A stretch of DNA of 56,342 nt, counting the filler, from Sphacelaria rigidula (lineage: Eukaryota): assembly GCA_964200075.2 (NCBI GenBank). It is 5 parts of 5 records of this genome, joined end to end, with 100 filler letters (N's around TTAATTAATTAA, not from the genome) between each part and the next. Parts side by side here need not be neighbours in the genome. Positions count along the whole stretch, not along the records: positions 45,156 to 56,342 come from CAXNAA020005269.1; 4 more parts are not named here. One strand, given 5' to 3'. Positions 51,501-56,342 of the stretch are shown in pieces (position 1 is the stretch's first letter; each line of letters starts with the position of its first letter). The notes beneath the pieces were generated by a model. That model saw only the letters and a program-made list of their open reading frames with translations, did no database searches and was not told the DNA's origin. Made by a program: the position numbers and the translations under genes.

Positions 51501-52471
51501 TTACCATATCGTTTCCAAACCTCCATCTCAAATGTTTTTCTCTTTCTATGTGTACTCTTATGGGGAGAGGGGTGTGAAAAACCTCTTCGCAAAAGCTCCT
51601 GCTTGAATTATCCTATCATCTGTAGCTTAAACACCATGAATTTCTGCCTTAATTCCTCACCAGTCTTTGTTGTACCATTCCATGGGGCTATACTATTGTG
51701 CGACCGTACCCGTGATGTGCCAGAATGTCCTATCTTGGCTTGATTCTGTGCGTGTAGACGTGTCTTGAAATCCGGTCGTAGGAGGGATGCGCTGCTGGGG
51801 GGTCGCCGCTACTGTGACTGACGTGCCCGCCTCCAGACTCGGCTCCTCGTCTTGTGCATGGCCTTGTCGTCGAAGATCTTGTTGTCTTGTTTTCTCCTGC
51901 TTCATCTCTGTTAGAGTCTCCCGCACCGCGTCTTATTCGTCTTCTGGTATTCTAGCGATGATCTTGTCTACTTTACTCCCCCAGCTGTCCGTTTTTGATG
52001 TCTCAAGAAACCCTACTGTTACCCTGTAGCAATGCGCAGATCGGCCGCTAGTGCAAAGGCTTGATCGCTCGCTCTGTGCAAGGGTCAGTGGTTGAAAAAG
52101 GATCCTGAGACCGAAAACACTGTTTTGTTGTATTGTTCCCCCAGTAAAAGAATATATATATATATATTGTATATTCTATGTAAAACGTGAAATCACCCAC
52201 TCGTGCACGGAGGAGAAAAGGGGGGGTTATTATGAGGCAATTCGCTCATACAAAAATAATATGTCATAGCTCTGTTTCGTCGTCACACGATGAAGCGCGT
52301 GCCCCCCGCGGATATCTGCTGCAAGCATCATATCGGGTATACTTCAAATAACAGAACTAAATATCTTATTCGCATTCCCCACGGAGTCATGATCCAATCT
52401 CAATATCCATCTCCCCTGCATCGAGGCATGTGTCTATGTACCTATCCTTGAGTGTTGGTAATTCGATTACA
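48521..52471 (-). mobile_element. Non-autonomous Copia-like LTR element nested in the LINE
   Basis: ~410-bp direct repeats 48521-48933 and 52052-52471 with TG...CA ends on the minus strand and a purine tract before the 3' LTR. gag-like peptides (GSPREGWKYIVDHY; NRHYIRSLSPDFDIQRGVLL) and degenerate knuckle CITWGDLGYMHTFC. No recognisable intact pol. Confidence 0.85.
49511..50435. repeat. Long inverted duplication of gag 3' region (~450-bp arms, ~27-nt loop)
   Basis: Arms 49511-49957 and 49985-50435 are about 90% complementary by eye, with perfect tracts of 60-80 nt. Confidence 0.95.
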
Positions 52472-52829
52472 GCTCGCCAGTCGCGCTCCTCATGTAAGTG
52501 GAGTCGCTATGTTTTTTTCGTTCCAGTTCCTCCTCGATTCCTCTTGCGATCAAACTCCGCGGTCCCCGACTGTGACCTCGTGAACGTAGTTCTGCAGCTC
52601 AGCATCCTTCACACACTCGAAAGCTTTGTCCGTTACCTTCAGCGCCTTCTTCAGGACAGCGTCTTCCGGGTTTGCTCGCAGATTATTCCATACACTTTCC
52701 CTGAGATCCCACGCCTTTTGGAGACGATCCTGAGCTTGAATTGACTCACTGAAACCCCTAGATGGGGTTTTCTCGGGGCATCGAAAGAGTGTATCCGCGG
52801 CCGTCTGTCGCAGGGCGTCGGCGAAGGTA

Positions 52830-53351
52830 CCACGGTTAGGACGAACAAAATCGTGATTCAACTCATATTCATCATTCCAACGAAAAAATCATACGGTGCG
52901 TACATGATTCGTAAGCTTGTGACTCGTGCAGTACACCGCCAAAGGTACCTGTTTCCTATCTTCCGTTCATACCGGGTAAATCATGGGCGCGTATCCATCC
53001 CCTGTATTTCTTGTGGAATTAGTGGATTGTATATGACACCCACTCTTGATTTCATGAGGCGTCAATGGGATGTACATCTATGCCGTCTGTGATTCGTGCA
53101 AGGTGAGCAGCCGTATATGTTTCCCACCGTCGGGTTCATGCGCGACGAAGAGTCAACACATGGTTGATTCCTCTCATTTCATAGGGCTTGCATCACGCGT
53201 GCTTTCCTCCATCTGTAATGCGCGCGAAATGACTGCACTGCATATATTATTTACCCTCGGGTTCATGCAGGACCAACAGTCGGCATGTGGTCGAATCTCG
53301 TAATTTCACGAGGAGTCAACTCATATAGACTCTGATTCGTCCTAACCGTGG
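52830..53351. mobile_element. MITE with 16-bp TIRs (CCACGGTTAGGACGAA) inserted in the LINE
   Basis: Perfect TIRs; the flanks rejoin approximately to LINE DMAS-TFADAL; related end CACGGTTAGAACAAA at ~33674. Confidence 0.82.
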
Positions 53352-56259
53352 ATGCCATGTCGTTGGCGTTCACTACTGTGGAGGGATTGGTGATATTCGG
53401 GAGCTCATCGAATGCGAGAGCGTTGCGGTCGGAACGCACTCCCCTATCCCCGCCTCTCGGTTTCGGTTGGTAGTTGGGAGCGTTGCATCCGAGGAGACGG
53501 ATGGTGGCTGAGACCAGACGATGGTCCGACTTCATCTCGGCGTCCACAGTGATATTTTGGAAAAGTCTGCGGTCTTGCTGACGTACTAGGATGTAGTCCA
53601 GGCGCCGGTGGTGTTCGATCTTCGGCCCCGCATATGTCTATGCCGTCGAGCTTTCCCCGCGCATTGGTGTGCGAAAAATGTACTGATGATGGTCATTTTG
53701 TGTTACGCAGCGCATTTCAGTAGGCGTCTACCGTCATCATTCCGAGTGGCTGGCATATTCTCCCAATACCCGAACGTCATCCATGCCTCCTCCTTCTCCC
53801 TTTCCGGTTCGAGCATTGGCATTCATCATGAGTACTAGGTGCTCATTGGTGGGCACTTTAGTGATGGAACTTCTGATGGGTGATGGGTTTCCAGAACTTG
53901 ATCCTCGAAGAATCTTGTGCTGTCTCAGTAGAAGCATATCCTACGATAAAGGTTGTTGCAACTCTGTGCCTGAGAGCAACTCGACGAAAATAGGTTCGGT
54001 GAAAGGGTAGCAACATCAAGAGATGCGAAGTTACCTCTGAAATGGGCTTGCACGTTTTTTACCGCCTCGTGGCTACTGAAAACATCATTTCTCTTTCATA
54101 TATCACTTTTTTACTATCGCATGACACTGTCCAGTCACGGTCTCAGTCAGAATTTCAACGTAATAGCATGCATCTTTTTGCTGGGCTTACCGATGTAACC
54201 CATGAAAAGTGCGCACCGTCACTGGCCAACCCTTTGACCGCGAAGCTGTCCACTTGACGCGATGCATGTCGCAATACCCCGGGTTGCCGAAAACATTTTG
54301 TAATATGTCTCTTCGGCAGTGAAGATCCCATACTAATCTTGATCGAAAGGATAACGTTCTGTACTGGGGGGGTCGCTATTTGTTGAATCGGCATTATTCG
54401 ATCCAAGATGGTCCACCCTGGCGGTCAAAGCGTAAGCACTTTGGGTCGCCGGGGTGGGTTGTTATTTGGATCGATAGAATTTTCGCTTGAATAATGAGTG
54501 TCAACCCCAAATGACTCACCCTGGCGATCACCCTGGGGTCAGCCCTTATCATAAGTTTCCGCATGGTTTGTTGATCTTGCCCTTGGTCGGTGGTCTTGTG
54601 GTGTTCCCTGGTTTATGTGTTGGTATCTGCTCTAGGGTACCGTGTCCTTGGGCTTTGTCACTCCTGTAGTCTCCTCGGCTCTCTTTCCCTCCCGATCTCT
54701 CCCGATATATATCTCTCTCTCTCTTTCCCCGTCTCTCCGTTTCTGTCTGTTTGTCTTGCCTGTCTGTCTGTCCTTCTCTCGGTCTCTCTTACATCTCTAT
54801 GCTTATTTCCTTCACTTTCCTTCCGCGAGCGTTTCCCTTTGTTTCATCTCCATAATGTGACCACAACCGGATCTCTTGAGGATCAGTTCGTGTACGACAA
54901 CCAACCTATCAGTCAAAAACGGCCATACCTTTCCTGACCCCTTTCCTCCCCTACCGCACCCGTTCTCAAATGCAGGAAGTTTTCACCGGGAGTAACTTAC
55001 TTGCGAATTTTCACGGCAACATGAGACGTCGTCGGACAGTGTTTTGCCTATTATAGCTCGAGACCCCTGATTTTCCAAGTTAATGAAGTCGGAATTGTTT
55101 GCATCATTATTTACCGAACTTGGTACGATGTTTTACTCATTGACCGTGTGAAATTGTTCAAAACGCGGCAAATATTCGAGTTAGCGAGATGTGGTCGTAC
55201 TGTACGACTTGAATGGATAGTGTTTTATTGTACTTGATGGTTACCGTTCGGAGGGCCAGCGGACAATTTGTCATTCAAGAAATGCACTGCTTTCCCTCTT
55301 GAAGCTCATTCGCTGACGTTCATCATCCACGAAATATATCGCATTGATCACACGATCTGTAGCTGAAGCAAGATGACTGGATGAAATCTCTGAAGAGGAC
55401 GTTTCCTGGCCGTCTGCACAGTTGCACGATTTAACTTCCAAGTGCGAACATGACAAACTCAAATTAACTTGTGCACGTCGACATATTCCGGTCTCAACTC
55501 TTTATTGGAGTGTATCGAGCACTACTTACACGACGTGTTTTCATCAGATCCATCACCTCGTGCTCGTCATAGCATATTGACGGAATATTCACAGAGGGAC
55601 AGCATGGTTCATGCCTCTCCCCCCTAGCCTTGTCCGGCGAACCCCCGGCGTGCTCCGTCACGGCTTTGACCAGACGACCCTTTATGGGGTTGGCGTCGGT
55701 TGGCATCGACGCTGTGGAACGCGATACTCACTGCGTAAGCTAGGCATCCAGGCTACCGTTTTCTTTTGCGGCGCGGTAACCATGATGGTGGTCGAGCTAG
55801 ATCATATCGTGCGGGATCGGAGAACCTCAACTCCGCGCAAAGGGTATGATCATAGTAAGTAGTCTTGATATGGTGGAACACCCAACACCCACGAGGCAAT
55901 GTGTAAGCCGTGACTGTCTCTAAAAGTGGCGATACCAGAAAATGAAGCAACTCATTCGAGGCTGTAGTCCATATGCACGATAATCAGTAGGCTTGTGGCC
56001 GAATAATCTTTGCAGGATGCAGCACACCCTTCATGTGACTCGCTAAACACATCACGGCGCTTCGCGCTTGGTGATTGACTACGAGTCTGGCCCGGCGTGA
56101 ACCCGGCGTGCTCCGTCCCGGCTTTGTAGGGACTCGAGGTCAGGTCATATGACTACGGGATGCAATACCATGAGTCCCCCCCCCCCCTCTCCCCCCGCTT
56201 GCCTTGAAAGGGATGCATGGGCAGAGATCAAATAACTAAGGCAAGAAAAAATGAGTAAG

Positions 56260-56296
<37 letters not shown>

Positions 56297-56325
56297 CCCC
56301 CCCCGCCCCCCCCCCCCCCCCCCCT
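56260..56325. repeat. Poly-C tract at contig end
   Basis: Directly visible. Confidence 0.95.
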
Positions 56326-56342
56326 CCGCCCGCCCGGCTGGG

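Larger units (their letters stand above)
46700..53850 (-). mobile_element. Degenerate non-LTR retrotransposon (APE endonuclease + RT, RTE-like), interrupted by two insertions
   Basis: APE motifs MMNANARTG, RLDYILV, SDHRLV. RT motifs QEWKNAII...[55 protein letters not shown]. Confidence 0.92.

Overview
Repeat-rich eukaryotic nuclear DNA, about 50% GC. It is most consistent with a brown alga or other stramenopile; this is inferred from repeat content, GT-AG exon structure and TTAGGG-like motifs. The window is not one locus: five contigs of descending length (11190, 11189, 11189, 11187, 11187 bp) are joined by 100-bp N44-TTAATTAATTAA-N44 linkers. Contig 1 has three exons of a PEMT/ICMT-family methyltransferase gene, a Copia gag remnant, many MITEs and two long hairpins. 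Contig 2 has two degenerate, convergent chromodomain Ty3/Gypsy elements that both lack the RT core. Contig 3 has degenerate exons of an LRR-like gene and MITEs. Contig 4 has an intact single-exon 273-aa orphan ORF with an N-terminal hydrophobic segment. Contig 5 has a degenerate APE-RT LINE split by a Copia-like LTR element that carries a ~450-bp-arm fold-back of its own gag. The most interesting signals are three long fold-backs (candidate miRNA/hpRNA or 'killer'-type silencing loci) and tiny TG...CA inverted-repeat elements whose ends mimic LTR attachment sites. All alignments were done by eye.
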